DNA of 64,000 nt from Bacteroidota bacterium (GTDB lineage Bacteria; Bacteroidota; Bacteroidia; AKYH767-A; 2013-40CM-41-45), in the NCBI GenBank assembly GCA_016721305.1, contig JADKIH010000001.1, forward strand, positions 192,091-256,090. Direction: 5' to 3'. Every line of letters begins with the position of its first letter. The first letter of the stretch is position 1. The notes under the pieces were generated by a model. The model had not been told where the DNA came from. It searched no databases and saw only the letters and a list, made by a program, of their open reading frames with translations. Shown here piece by piece: positions 46,301 through 56,227 of this stretch. Made by a program: the position numbers and the translations under genes.

Positions 46301-48817
46301 TGTAATTGTTCCTGAAGGAGTTGTTGCATCAACGCTCACGTTACGTGAAGCTGCTGTACAAAGATTTCCTGTCGGAGAAATTGTAAGACTTGCCAATGCC
46401 GGAGCCGGAGAAGTTCCTGCGAACTCATCAGCACCTGCATCAGGTGTAGTTGCATTACGTGTATCACCATCAAAGTCATCAGTAATGCCTGCAACTGCAG
46501 CACCAATACTTTCTGCTAATGTAGAAGCAGCAGGTGCGAAGTGAAGGAATGTAGAAGATGAACCTGTAGTACTTGCGAATGTGCAGTTTTCTGTGTTAGA
46601 AGCCTGATCACGTGTTGCAGCTAATGTTTTGAAGCCTGCAAATGTATAAGCAGTTGTTCCATCATAATATACTGTGCTACCGTAGAACAAGTTGTTGTTA
46701 GAAGTTGCACCGTAAGATGTAAGAGTCGTAGTTGAACGACGGTAACCAACTGCCAAACCGGCACCGGCTACGCTTGAATTGTTAACGAAGATGTTATTAC
46801 GTAAAGTTAACGCCGGAGTCGTAGAAGCAGAAATAGCGCTTGATCCGAAGAGAGCGCCTGAACTTGAACCTGCTAAATAAACTGTATTGTAATATGCGTT
46901 AACCGTTGTACCACCGGCTACGTTAAGACCTACTACCGGATTGGCAGCATTGGCAGCAGTAGCACGGAGATCTCCGATTAAGTTATTTTGAACAGTATGC
47001 AAAGTTCCGGAGTTAATAGCGATACCATTAATAGTACCGGAAGCATTGCTCGAAGAAAGATCATAAATCTTATTCTTCGAAATTACACAGCTCGTTGGAG
47101 CTGAAGAAGTGATGCCCTGAACTGCCGAAGCACCCGTACTGGCAAAACCGCCAATCGTGTTTCCTACGACTGTTGAAGAAGTTCCTGAAGAACCAATAGT
47201 GATACCGGTAATGGCTCCGCCGCTGGTAATACCTGTAATAGTATTTCCGCTAACCAAATTGCCATTTCCACCTTGAGCACCACCAAAGCTTGAGTTGATA
47301 CCAACGATTGTGCTTGTACCACCAACGATGCTGCTAAATGTATTATTCGAAATATTGTGGTTAACTGAACCACCATCGGTATTATTATAAATGTAATAGC
47401 CGTTGCACCTGTAACTGTCATGTTAGAGAAGTTGTTACTGCTCCAGCTGAACGTTCCAGTTGTAGAACTACCACCTGTCGTAATACCTGTAACAGTACCA
47501 CCGGCGCCTGTTTTATTGAAAGCAGTCACAATTGAGTTACTGTTGATATTTTGTGTACCACCTGCAACTACTGTTATACTATTACTAATAAAAGTAAAAC
47601 TACCTGTTGTACTTGTAGAAAGGTTGGTAAATGTGTTACTATTAATATTAGTAGTTGTAATTGCTGCTGCAGAACTTATTGCTGTAATACTTCCTGTTGC
47701 AGCTACTGTATGATTTAGAGCCGTAAAGTTGTTATTACTAATAGACAAACTTGAACCACTAATAAATGACGTACCTGACACAATAATACCATTTAATGTA
47801 CCTGTTACTCCTGGAGTCACAGCTATGGCATTATTGTTTATTGTATTAGTCGAAGTCGTAGTTGATGCAACAGTATAAGCAATAAGGTTGATACCAGTTA
47901 CTGTTCCACCCACTGTTATACCGCCATTTGAACTTGTCAGCGTATTATAAGAAACGTTTACATTATAAGAGTTACGGATAAGGATACCATTCATAGTACC
48001 GGAAACGTTTACATCACCTGAGAAGGTTGATGTTGTTCCCCAATTAGTGATCGAGTTCCCCTGACCGGCAGATGTACCACCGATATCGATTCCATTGTTC
48101 TGATCAGCTGCAGCTAGTGGTCCGATTACGCAGATACCAAAGTTAACGTTGCTGATCGTGTTTCCATAAACTTTCAAACCACTGTTACCCCAGCTGTTGT
48201 AGTAGCGGATGCAGAAGTAGTGATCGTAGTAGCCGAGTGCGTCGAGTTACTGTAGATACCCCAGGTGTTCTGGTAAGTTCTGTTTAAGGTAATTGTGTTG
48301 TTTTGAATAGTGTTGTTCTGCGCACCATTCGTTGTACCGTTGTAGAACAAGGCTACACCAAATTCCGTCATGTTGTTCGTGCCGGCAGCTGTAGTTGTGT
48401 TCGTACCCAGCTCACTCATTGCGAAGTCCTGGATGGTAATCCAGTCACCGCCGACGATCTTGAAGATCGCATCGGTTAAACTTCCCGCTGTTTGAGCAGG
48501 GGCGGTATTGTACTAGAGCTACCGCTGATGACGATTGTGTTCGTCGAAGTTCCGGTAGCCGTAATAGAATAACCGCCTGCAGGTGCTGTTTCATTACCCG
48601 TGAGGGTGATGGTAACAGGACCCGTAATCGTCGCAGCGTTCAACGCTGTGATGGCGTCGGCAAGACTAGTGTAGGTTGGAGCAAGTCCGGAACCCGAATT
48701 AGTCGTTACCTGAGCATCGGCTTGTGATGTGAACAAGCACAACGCTACGCAACTCGTCAAGAGCAGCCAGCGTGTAAACGCTGATGCCCTCTTGGTAGGG
48801 TAATTGTTGTTTTCCAT
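31371..48817 (-). CDS. Giant (~5800 aa) surface adhesin in 6 ORF pieces: signal peptide, parallel beta-helix (NNTITN) region, many Ig-like ~90-aa repeat modules, an internal large duplication, and a C-terminal dockerin-like module
   Basis: Probable start MENNNYPTKRASAFTRWLLLTSCVALCLFTSQADA (ATG at 48817..48815). ORF pieces 48476..48949, 48174..48419, 47164..48177, 45074..47257, 37567..45213 and 31371..37574 overlap end to end. Recurrent module P.A..QCG.G.P...V.GSGG..RWY...TGG.PI.GESG..L..Y.ISSTTTFYVSEFDGTCE..R. Beta-helix stretch NNTITGNV...NNTITAL. Confidence 0.6.
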
Positions 48818-49189
48818 GATGGTTAAGTTATGTTGATTATTAATTTGATTTTTCAAAGTGGGTATAATAGAAAAGCACGCGTATGAAATGCGTTTCATCG
48901 CGTTGTGTAAAATAGTAAACAGATAGGAAGCTCGCGTGTATGAGTTCACGTATAGTCTAGTTCGTTAAGTTGTGATTTATATGTGTGGATGCACGGTTGG
49001 GACGCGCATGTTAAAGGTGAGATATTTATTTGGGTTTTGCAAATTATTTTTTTGAACACCCTGTTAACAGCGGATCGCAGTGCTGGCGGGGCTTTGAATG
49101 ATATGTTAAACTTAAAAAATCTGAACCCTAAAAACAACTCGTTTTGGGAATAGTTGACAGCATTTTGGCGAACGGCTTGTTTTTCGTGG

Positions 49190-49450
49190 TAAAATTCTGA
49201 ATTCTGAATTATGAATTATGAATTCAGAAAAACCTCTGTACAGGCCGTCAATCCTCGTTTTTAGCCGTTTTTCGTTGTTCTGATTTTTAAGTGGTTGATT
49301 TTTAACTGTTAGGTAATTTGGTTACTATATATATAGAGTGTGAGTTGTTTTAACGCACTTTGAAGTAAGTTGCTTTTGAATTCAGAATTATGAATTATGA
49401 ATTATGAAACTGGTAGCCGTTCTGAATTTTGAATTCTAAATTCTGAATTC
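49190..49450. repeat. Inverted arrays of TGAATTC/TGAATTA heptamer repeats flanking a ~140-bp AT-rich core, upstream of the giant adhesin gene
   Basis: Left arm attctgaattctgaattatgaattatgaattcag (49190..49233). Right arm tgaattcagaattatgaattatgaattatgaa...ctgaattttgaattctaaattctgaattc (49372..49450). Confidence 0.75.
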
Positions 49451-49456
49451 CTCCTT

Positions 49457-51094
49457 TCAAAACCCGATGTTGGCGCCAAAACTGATAGTCGTTTTTTTAC
49501 CTCTCATGTATGGCATCGTATATCGATCCAGCGAATTTTCCTCGCCTTCGTTATTGCTGAGATTTAGCCCGGCATAGAGCCAGCAGTCGTTCAGGATTTG
49601 ATAGCTCGCCGAAACTGCTAAGTCACTCGATTGCCACCAGAGGAAATCGATAAATGGATTTCCCATTCCGTTTCCAATCGTATCTCTCGATGAACCGCTG
49701 TAGTTATACTCTTGTCCTTTTTGTGCAAGTGTATATGAGAGCTTCACCGTAGCTTTCGGTATCGGATGTGCCGTTACGCCAACGTAAATTTCCTGGCTGT
49801 TTTCGCCAAGATAATGCCCCATGTTGTAATCGGAACTTGCATAGGTTGCCGATAACAAATAGTGACGGTAGGCACCCGGATTAGTACGGGTGTATTCAGC
49901 AGCCAGACTGATATTCTTGTTTAAGATATTGCTGATCTTCCCTCCTATTTTAGCACTTACGAAGTTGGTCTGCTTCTTCGAATCCATCGCACGGCCCAAG
50001 GCAATCTCGTCGATGAATACGCTTAAATAGAGGTGTGCATTCTTTACATGATAAGAAGAGATGTTGAAGAACATCTGCGAATTTTGTCCGAGGAAGTTAG
50101 ACCCTGCGCTCGATAATGAGTGGTCAACGGTCTTATAAAAGAAGAACGGAACCAGATAAGCCGGGTTCACGGATTGATCACTATATACTATAGAGTTTCC
50201 GATCGACGCACTGAGCTTCGACCATGGTTTAAATGTAAAGAGATTGGCAGCTACGTATTTCGGCTGCATAATGATGCGGACCGATTGTCCGTTATAATAA
50301 GAGCGTGAGCTGTCGAGAACGTTTGAGACCAACCATCCATGAACATAATTGAAGTCGAACCATTTCACCGGATTCATATGAAAACGGATTTGTGTGAACG
50401 ACGGCTGATGTCCCGAGAAGATATTTGCGCCATGTTCGTTGTCACCCCAAACGAAGTGATCTTTCACAATTCCCAAACTTCCCCACGACCAAGAGTAGGT
50501 TAACCCACCACGCACTTCATCATAATCGCCGCCACCTTGCGTGTCGGCTTTGTAGTTAGATGCACTTGCCTGATTCAAATAAGCAGGATCGCTCAAACGA
50601 CGAGTCTCATGATTATCGCGCAGGCTCGCATAGAAGCCAAAGTTCTTACCTATATAAGAGTGAAATTCCGCTCCGTTCCAACGGTGATAAAAACTGCCGG
50701 TGTCGTTAGTATAATATGTAAGTCCTAAAATCGGATTCAGTGTAAATGAGAAAAGTGAATCCTTATAATAGAAGAGATCGGTACGACGTGAAAAATTCTT
50801 ATCCGCTTTCAACTCTTTATTAAAGTCGCGCAAATAAAAATCGAGATCACCCTGTTGACGCTTATTTAATGTAGTTCGTTTCTCATCAGCTTCATGAAGC
50901 TTCTGAGCTACCATCATCCTGCTATAAGGTTTAACCGCAGTGTTCAACTCAATCACCCGCATATTCGCCAGCTCATCCAGAAACTCGTACAGGTCGGTAT
51001 TACTTACATGCACGTAAACCTCCTGCCCTTTTACGGCCGCGGCTACGGTAATTAGTAAGAATGTAAGTAAGACTTTTTGTACTCGTTTGAACAT
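49457..51094 (-). CDS. Outer-membrane beta-barrel protein, possibly Wzi-like capsule assembly protein
   Basis: Signal peptide MFKRVQKVLLTFLLITVAAAVKGQ, 545 aa, C-terminal ...TISFGANIGF (OMP-type terminal Phe). Position at the head of a polysaccharide cluster. The Wzi assignment is by context and general impression only. Confidence 0.35.
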   Translation of the reverse strand: MFKRVQKVLLTFLLITVAAAVKGQEVYVHVSNTDLYEFLDELANMRVIELNTAVKPYSRMMVAQKLHEADEKRTTLNKRQQGDLDFYLRDFNKELKADKNFSRRTDLFYYKDSLFSFTLNPILGLTYYTNDTGSFYHRWNGAEFHSYIGKNFGFYASLRDNHETRRLSDPAYLNQASASNYKADTQGGGDYDEVRGGLTYSWSWGSLGIVKDHFVWGDNEHGANIFSGHQPSFTQIRFHMNPVKWFDFNYVHGWLVSNVLDSSRSYYNGQSVRIIMQPKYVAANLFTFKPWSKLSASIGNSIVYSDQSVNPAYLVPFFFYKTVDHSLSSAGSNFLGQNSQMFFNISSYHVKNAHLYLSVFIDEIALGRAMDSKKQTNFVSAKIGGKISNILNKNISLAAEYTRTNPGAYRHYLLSATYASSDYNMGHYLGENSQEIYVGVTAHPIPKATVKLSYTLAQKGQEYNYSGSSRDTIGNGMGNPFIDFLWWQSSDLAVSASYQILNDCWLYAGLNLSNNEGEENSLDRYTMPYMRGKKTTISFGANIGF

Positions 51095-51106
51095 ACTGGC
51101 AGGCGG

Positions 51107-51246
51107 ATTAGCTGATTAGCTGATTAGCTAATTAGCTAATGTTGGCAATTTGGTTAGTTGGTTACTCTATTATATATGTATACTCTTTTATTACTTGTAT
51201 GCTACACTATTCACTCATCAGCTAATCAGCTAATCAGCTAATCAGC
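51107..51246. repeat. Inverted arrays of GATTAGCT/CAGCTAAT octamer repeats around an AT-rich core
   Basis: gattagctgattagctgattagctaattagctaat (51107..51150) ... cagctaatcagctaatcagctaatcagccaat (51205..51246). Confidence 0.8.
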
Positions 51247-51249
51247 CAA

Positions 51250-52410
51250 TCACTTACTGCGAGCCTTCTTCAGCAGTATGTTATAAGCCGCCAAACAGAA
51301 GTACTTCACATCGGTTACGAAAGGACTCTTTTCATAAGCTTGTAAGTAGCGCATTTCGGAAGCCTGGATTTCTTCGATTGTTTTTGGCATATCTACATAG
51401 AATGGCGGAACAAGACCCGGTTTGTGCTTTAGGCGTCTTTCCTGGAGTTCTTCGGAATACAATCCTAAGTAGTGTGATGAGAGAGGGCGAACGCCTACAA
51501 TCTTGAGGTCTCCTTTTATGAGATTCATGATCATCGGTAATTCGTCGATCCAGTAACGGCGGAAGAGGCGACCGAGCGTAGACACGCGGAAGTCGTTATT
51601 CATCTTGCCTCCATCGGCCAGATTGTTCGTGTCGTATACATACTTCTGGATGTACTCACTATATGAGTGCATGGTACGCATCTTATATACATATATAACC
51701 TTTCCGTTTTTGCCGTGGCGGCGCATACGGAAGATTGGTCCATAAACCGGTTCGTAATCGAAGAGCGGTTCTTTTACTTTTGAAGCAACGAAGTAGAGAT
51801 TCTTGCCGATGAATTTCATCGAGCGGATTTCGAAACCGGCAGCATAAAGGCGGCCTAAGGTTTCGGTACGGGAAAGGACTTTGTTACGTTCGCCGACAAG
51901 TACATTATAAAAGAGGCGAGTGATTGGGAACTTCGGGAATACTCGTTTTAAGAAAAAGTCGAGTACATAATATATATGAGCAAGTCCTTTCGGGAACTTG
52001 TTAAAAATTCTTGTTTTGCGGAGATACTTAGTTTCGACACAACCGACAAACAAACCGCCGTCGACCAAATGATCATTTACGTTATGCAAAAACTTGTTGA
52101 TTCCACGAACATCATTAATTCGTTTTAAGTTGATGATCGTGTTTGCGTTGTTTGGAAGATGGTTGATGCTTTCGGAAATCGAAGTACGCATTACAAAAGT
52201 TCCGGGTGCATTGATCTGACAAAATTCCGAAACGTACTTTTTGACGTCGCGTTCCATTCCGCCGATCTTTTCAAGATGCGGACGAAAGGCATGCGATCGT
52301 TTGGAAGAACGCCGAACTTCTTTTGTCGAAACAGCATTCGATCCTTGAACCATTTGTGGTCGGAACGAAAACTGTCGTAAAGCAGCTTTAGTACTTTTTT
52401 CTCGTTTCAT
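51250..52410 (-). CDS. Polyprenyl-phosphate sugar phosphotransferase (bacterial sugar transferase family)
   Basis: C-terminal DELPMIMNLIKGDLKIVGVRP motif, matching the family consensus [21 protein letters not shown]. Confidence 0.65.
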   Translation of the reverse strand: MKREKSTKAALRQFSFRPQMVQGSNAVSTKEVRRSSKRSHAFRPHLEKIGGMERDVKKYVSEFCQINAPGTFVMRTSISESINHLPNNANTIINLKRINDVRGINKFLHNVNDHLVDGGLFVGCVETKYLRKTRIFNKFPKGLAHIYYVLDFFLKRVFPKFPITRLFYNVLVGERNKVLSRTETLGRLYAAGFEIRSMKFIGKNLYFVASKVKEPLFDYEPVYGPIFRMRRHGKNGKVIYVYKMRTMHSYSEYIQKYVYDTNNLADGGKMNNDFRVSTLGRLFRRYWIDELPMIMNLIKGDLKIVGVRPLSSHYLGLYSEELQERRLKHKPGLVPPFYVDMPKTIEEIQASEMRYLQAYEKSPFVTDVKYFCLAAYNILLKKARSK

Positions 52411-52464
52411 GTTAAGTTTCGTTCCCGCAACAAACCTAAGACGTTGATGAATCTTTGGTTTGTC

Positions 52465-52495
52465 TTTTTTGCATTTATCTTACAAATGCAAAAAA
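52465..52495. promoter_or_regulatory. 12-bp-arm perfect inverted repeat (candidate operator) upstream of the sugar transferase gene
   Basis: ttttttgcattt-atcttac-aaatgcaaaaaa, about 55-85 bp upstream of the start at 52410. Confidence 0.35.
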
Positions 52496-52973
52496 TAGTC
52501 GAATTAATTACCTTGAGTTATTTAATTAATTCCTAATATTTTTTTCAGATCTGTTTTGCTTAAACGCAGTAGCAGCGCATCTTCTGAAGGACTCTTCGCT
52601 TATCCGATACCCCATCAGACAAGAAGTTATGAAGAGAGGTGTGTTGATTTCGTTTGTTATTTCAAATCTAATAAAAAGAGTGCGAAAAAGCAAGTTTAAC
52701 GGGTGATTTGCAGAGAGAAGGCTCAATTTTAAAAAAAACAGGCCAAGAGTGAAGAAATTTAGGGTGAAATAGTGCAACTATTCAGCATTGACGGGGTAAA
52801 AGCAGGGACTGGCAGAAGGAATTTTCTTTGGGTTTAAAACCACACGTTCCCAAAACGCACTCAAAGAGAATTCTTCTCTCCGCCGGAATAGTATATACAT
52901 GACGTGAATCGAAGCTTCAATTATTTGAATAAATAATAGGCTTCTTTTTGCATCATAATTAATATTAATTACT

Positions 52974-53900
52974 GTGCCTAAATACTGCCTACTTACAAAC
53001 GATGTCGAAACACACAGCATCTGGTTTAACACGCTGCGTGATGAAACAGGTGTAAAAGTTTTGGAAGAAGGCATGCCATTATTGTTGGACATCTACAAAA
53101 AGTTCAACATCAAAAGCACATTTTATTTTGTCGGCGACATGGCCGAAAAATTTCCCGAAGTTGTCAGAATGGTTGTTCCGTTTGGACACGAAGTTGCTTC
53201 GCATGGTTGGTCGCATGAAGTTGATCAGGCATTCGATGTGTTGTCGTTCGACAAACAAAAAGAACATCTCATTCGTTCCAAAAAAGTTTTGGAAGACATC
53301 TCCGGACAAGAAGTAACATCATTTCGAGCGCCTGCATTGCGAGTAAACAGTGATACACCGAGAGCACTTATCGAAGCAGGATTTAATTGCGACAGTTCGG
53401 TAGCGGCACAAAGATTCGATATGTTTCTTTCGTTCGGAGGAATGAAAAAACTGAATTGGCTGAAAGCTCCTCGCCTGCCATATCGCACCGACCCAAACAA
53501 TCTCTTCCGCAAAGGTGATGGTCCACTTATAGAGATCCCTCTGACAGCGATGTTGTTTCCCTTTGTAGGCACGACGATGCGGATCTTCCCTACGATTACC
53601 AGAATGCAACAGCGACTCTTCCATGCCGAAACCAAATCGACCGGCAAGCCTCTCGTGTTCGACATACATCCGAATGAGATGATCGATGAGAGTACGGAGC
53701 GTAGAACGATTGCACGAAGAACAAAGAATCCGATTAAGTATTTACTGAGTGATGTGATTAGAGGTAAGATGAAAGTCAAAAATCTAGGTCCACAGGCAGC
53801 AGTATTGTATGACGATTTTATTTCCTACTATAAAAATCAGGGGTACGAATTCATTACCGTTAAAGATTACGTGAAAAGAAATTTTCCGGATATCAGATAA
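52974..53900 (+). CDS. Polysaccharide deacetylase family protein (NodB-like)
   Basis: LLTNDVETHS...FYFVGDMAEKFPEVV...VASHGWSHE motifs. Confidence 0.7.
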   Translation: MPKYCLLTNDVETHSIWFNTLRDETGVKVLEEGMPLLLDIYKKFNIKSTFYFVGDMAEKFPEVVRMVVPFGHEVASHGWSHEVDQAFDVLSFDKQKEHLIRSKKVLEDISGQEVTSFRAPALRVNSDTPRALIEAGFNCDSSVAAQRFDMFLSFGGMKKLNWLKAPRLPYRTDPNNLFRKGDGPLIEIPLTAMLFPFVGTTMRIFPTITRMQQRLFHAETKSTGKPLVFDIHPNEMIDESTERRTIARRTKNPIKYLLSDVIRGKMKVKNLGPQAAVLYDDFISYYKNQGYEFITVKDYVKRNFPDIR

Positions 53901-55069
53901 TGAATTTGCAGAATTCCATGGAGAAAAAGAACCCATACAGCGAAGCACTTTTTCGATTACGACAGTACATCGAGAAAGAAGAATTCAAAGGCTACGACCC
54001 GTATGATACGCTGTGCTCTCCTATCCCATTTCACTGGTTCACTTCCTGGGGACCGGTATTGGCGACACAGTTTCAAAAGAGAAATCCGATTAACATTCGT
54101 CCGTTGCTGGGTATTCGAAAAGATTACAATCCGAAAGGCATTGGATTGTTACTGGATACATATTGCAGACTGAAAGAGAAATCTGCTTCGGACATATACG
54201 ACAAACAAATTGATTTTTGTTTTGATTACCTGCAACAGAATAGCACAGAAGGTTTTTCGGGCGCATGCTGGGGCTATAATTTTCCATGGGCAACGACGGA
54301 GAAATATCTGCCTTCGTTTGAGCCATCTTCTGTCGTAACGGGTTTTGTGAGCAGAGGAATTGACCGATACAGAATCTTGACCGGCGATGAACGGGCATCT
54401 GAGTTTATACAGAGTGCGGCAGTTTTCATTGATAAAGATCTGACAAAAACTACTTTCGAAAGCGGTATTTCCATCAGCTACACGCCGGTGCTAACCGATT
54501 GTTGTTACAATGCATCCTTATTAGGTGCAGAAGTGCTGGCAAGGGCTCACCGGTTGAAGGCGAATGCTCATTACAGGCAGAATGCCATTGCTGCAGTAAA
54601 TTTTGTTATTAGTAAACAGTTGGATGATGGTTGCTGGAATTACTCGATGAATTTAAAGACGGGGGAAGAACGAAAACAGATTGATTTTCATCAGGGGTAT
54701 GTGATCGACAGTATTCGAATAATTGCTAAGTTGCTGGAGATAAAAGATACGATGTGGGAGCAGGCAATTCGTAAGGGTTTGAAGTTTTATAAGGAGCAGC
54801 AGTTTTTCGAAGATGGAAGAAGTTTGTGGAGATTGCCTAAGGAATTTCCTGTGGAGATTCATAATCAGTCGCAGGGGATTATTACTTTTTTTGATAGTGG
54901 TGATGTTGAATTTGCGAAGAGAATTGCGGATTATACGATTGCGCATATGCAGGATCGAAAGGGGTATTTCTATTATCGGAATTTTCGTTGGTATAAGAAT
55001 AAGATTTCCTATATGAGATGGAGTAATGCGTGGATGATGGTGGCGTTGGAGAGGTTGGTTTCAGGCTGA
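53900..55069 (+). CDS. Hypothetical protein (389 aa) in the polysaccharide cluster
   Basis: Long ORF with good coding appearance and the start overlapping the upstream stop (ATGA). No family recognised by eye. Confidence 0.4.
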   Translation: MNLQNSMEKKNPYSEALFRLRQYIEKEEFKGYDPYDTLCSPIPFHWFTSWGPVLATQFQKRNPINIRPLLGIRKDYNPKGIGLLLDTYCRLKEKSASDIYDKQIDFCFDYLQQNSTEGFSGACWGYNFPWATTEKYLPSFEPSSVVTGFVSRGIDRYRILTGDERASEFIQSAAVFIDKDLTKTTFESGISISYTPVLTDCCYNASLLGAEVLARAHRLKANAHYRQNAIAAVNFVISKQLDDGCWNYSMNLKTGEERKQIDFHQGYVIDSIRIIAKLLEIKDTMWEQAIRKGLKFYKEQQFFEDGRSLWRLPKEFPVEIHNQSQGIITFFDSGDVEFAKRIADYTIAHMQDRKGYFYYRNFRWYKNKISYMRWSNAWMMVALERLVSG

Positions 55070-55385
55070 TTTATTTCATGCTGATTTGTTTCCTGCTGAT
55101 TTGTTTCCTGCTGATTTGTTTCCTGCTGATTTGTTTCCTGCTGATTTGTTTCCCGCAGATTTCGCAGACAAAAAATCCCGCAGATTACGCGGATGGGGTC
55201 CTGTTGATTTGTTTCCCGCGGATTTGTTTCCCGCAGATTTCGCAGACAAAAAATCCCGCAGATTACGCAGATGGGTTCCTGCTGATTTGTTTCCCGCGGA
55301 TTTGTTTCCCGCGGATTTGTTTCCCGCTGATTTGATTCCCGCTGATTTTCCCGCAGATTACGCAGATGGGTTCTCGTAGAAATTC
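55066..55385. repeat. Left repeat arm: (gctgatttgtttcct)n tandem 15-mers grading into ~62-bp units cctgctgatttgtttcccgcagatttcgcagacaaaaaatcccgcagattacgcagatgggtt
   Basis: Read directly; it is the reverse complement of the array at 55845..56220. Confidence 0.85.
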
Positions 55386-55458
55386 GCATATATTATCCAT
55401 CATCTATTGGTTGTGATTAACATGGCGAGGCTTTTTCTTTGTCTAAAATAAAAACCAA

Positions 55459-55836
55459 ATGACTGAAAATGAAATTTCTTATATTGTTAGAGGTGCGATC
55501 TATGAAGTGTACAACGAGTTTGGTCCTGGGCTTTTTGAAAAGGTTTATGAGAAAATATTGCAAATCCGTCTTAGAAAGAGAGGATTGTCAGTAAAGGCTC
55601 AGGTTGTCGTCCCACTTATTGTTGACGGTATCGTTATTGACTCTGCATTCAAAGCGGATTTAATAGTTGAAGAAAAAGTTATTGTTGAAATAAAATCTAT
55701 TGATGCTATTGGCAAAGTTCAGCACATGCAGTTGCTAACATACCTTAGACTATCAAAATTGAAATTAGGCATACTCGTAAACTTCAACACTGATGAAATA
55801 TCAAAATCTATTTTTCGAAAAGTGAACAATTTGTAA
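55459..55836 (+). CDS. GxxExxY family protein (PD-(D/E)XK nuclease-like mini-protein)
   Basis: 125 aa; MTENEISYIVRGAIYEVYNEFGPGLFEKVYEKIL carries the GxxExxY signature, followed by the D...E.K core (IVEIKSIDAIG). Confidence 0.8.
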   Translation: MTENEISYIVRGAIYEVYNEFGPGLFEKVYEKILQIRLRKRGLSVKAQVVVPLIVDGIVIDSAFKADLIVEEKVIVEIKSIDAIGKVQHMQLLTYLRLSKLKLGILVNFNTDEISKSIFRKVNNL

Positions 55837-55844
55837 TAGATATC

Positions 55845-56220
55845 CGCAGGAAATAATCCTCGAGAAACCATCTGCGTAATCTGCGCTTTTTTTTGTCTGC
55901 GTAATCTGCGGGAAACAAATCAGCAGGAACCCATCTGCGTAATCTGCGGAATTTTTGTCTGCGAAATCTGCGGGAAACAAATCAGCAGGAACCCATCTGC
56001 GTAATCTGCGGAATTTTTGTCTGCGAAATCTGCGGGAAACAAATCAGCAGGAACCCATCTGCGTAATCTGCGGGAAATAATCCGCGGGAACCCATCTGCG
56101 TAATCTGCGGGATTTTTGTCTGCGAAATCTGCGGGAAACAAATCAGCAGGAACCCATCTGCGTAATCTGCGGGATTTTTGTCTGCGAAATCTGCGGGAAA
56201 TGATTAGTGTTATCTGCAGG
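55845..56220. repeat. Right repeat arm: ~5.5 tandem copies of the 62-bp unit aacccatctgcgtaatctgcggaatttttgtctgcgaaatctgcgggaaacaaatcagcagg
   Basis: Read directly; inverted relative to 55066..55385. Confidence 0.85.
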
Positions 56221-56227
56221 AAAAGAA

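Larger units (their letters stand above)
55066..56220. mobile_element. Candidate selfish/mobile cassette: GxxExxY gene bracketed by long inverted repeat arrays, lying between convergent cluster genes
   Basis: Architecture only (IR-gene-IR); no transposase or target-site duplication identified. Confidence 0.3.

Noticed and set aside
52526-53092. Minus-strand ORFs 52526..52777 and 52778..53092 in the divergent promoter region
   Set aside because: AT-rich with odd composition, and the second overlaps the deacetylase start; more likely promoter DNA than genes.
55009-55389. ORFs 55009..55389 (-), 55030..55335 (+) and 55086..55379 (+) with PRETN/LICF/ADLFP repeat translations
   Set aside because: They are translations of the tandem DNA repeats in all frames, not genes.
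55066-56220. Possible CRISPR array or VNTR-only region
   Set aside because: The two arrays are in inverted orientation around a gene and consist of contiguous repeat units without unique spacers.
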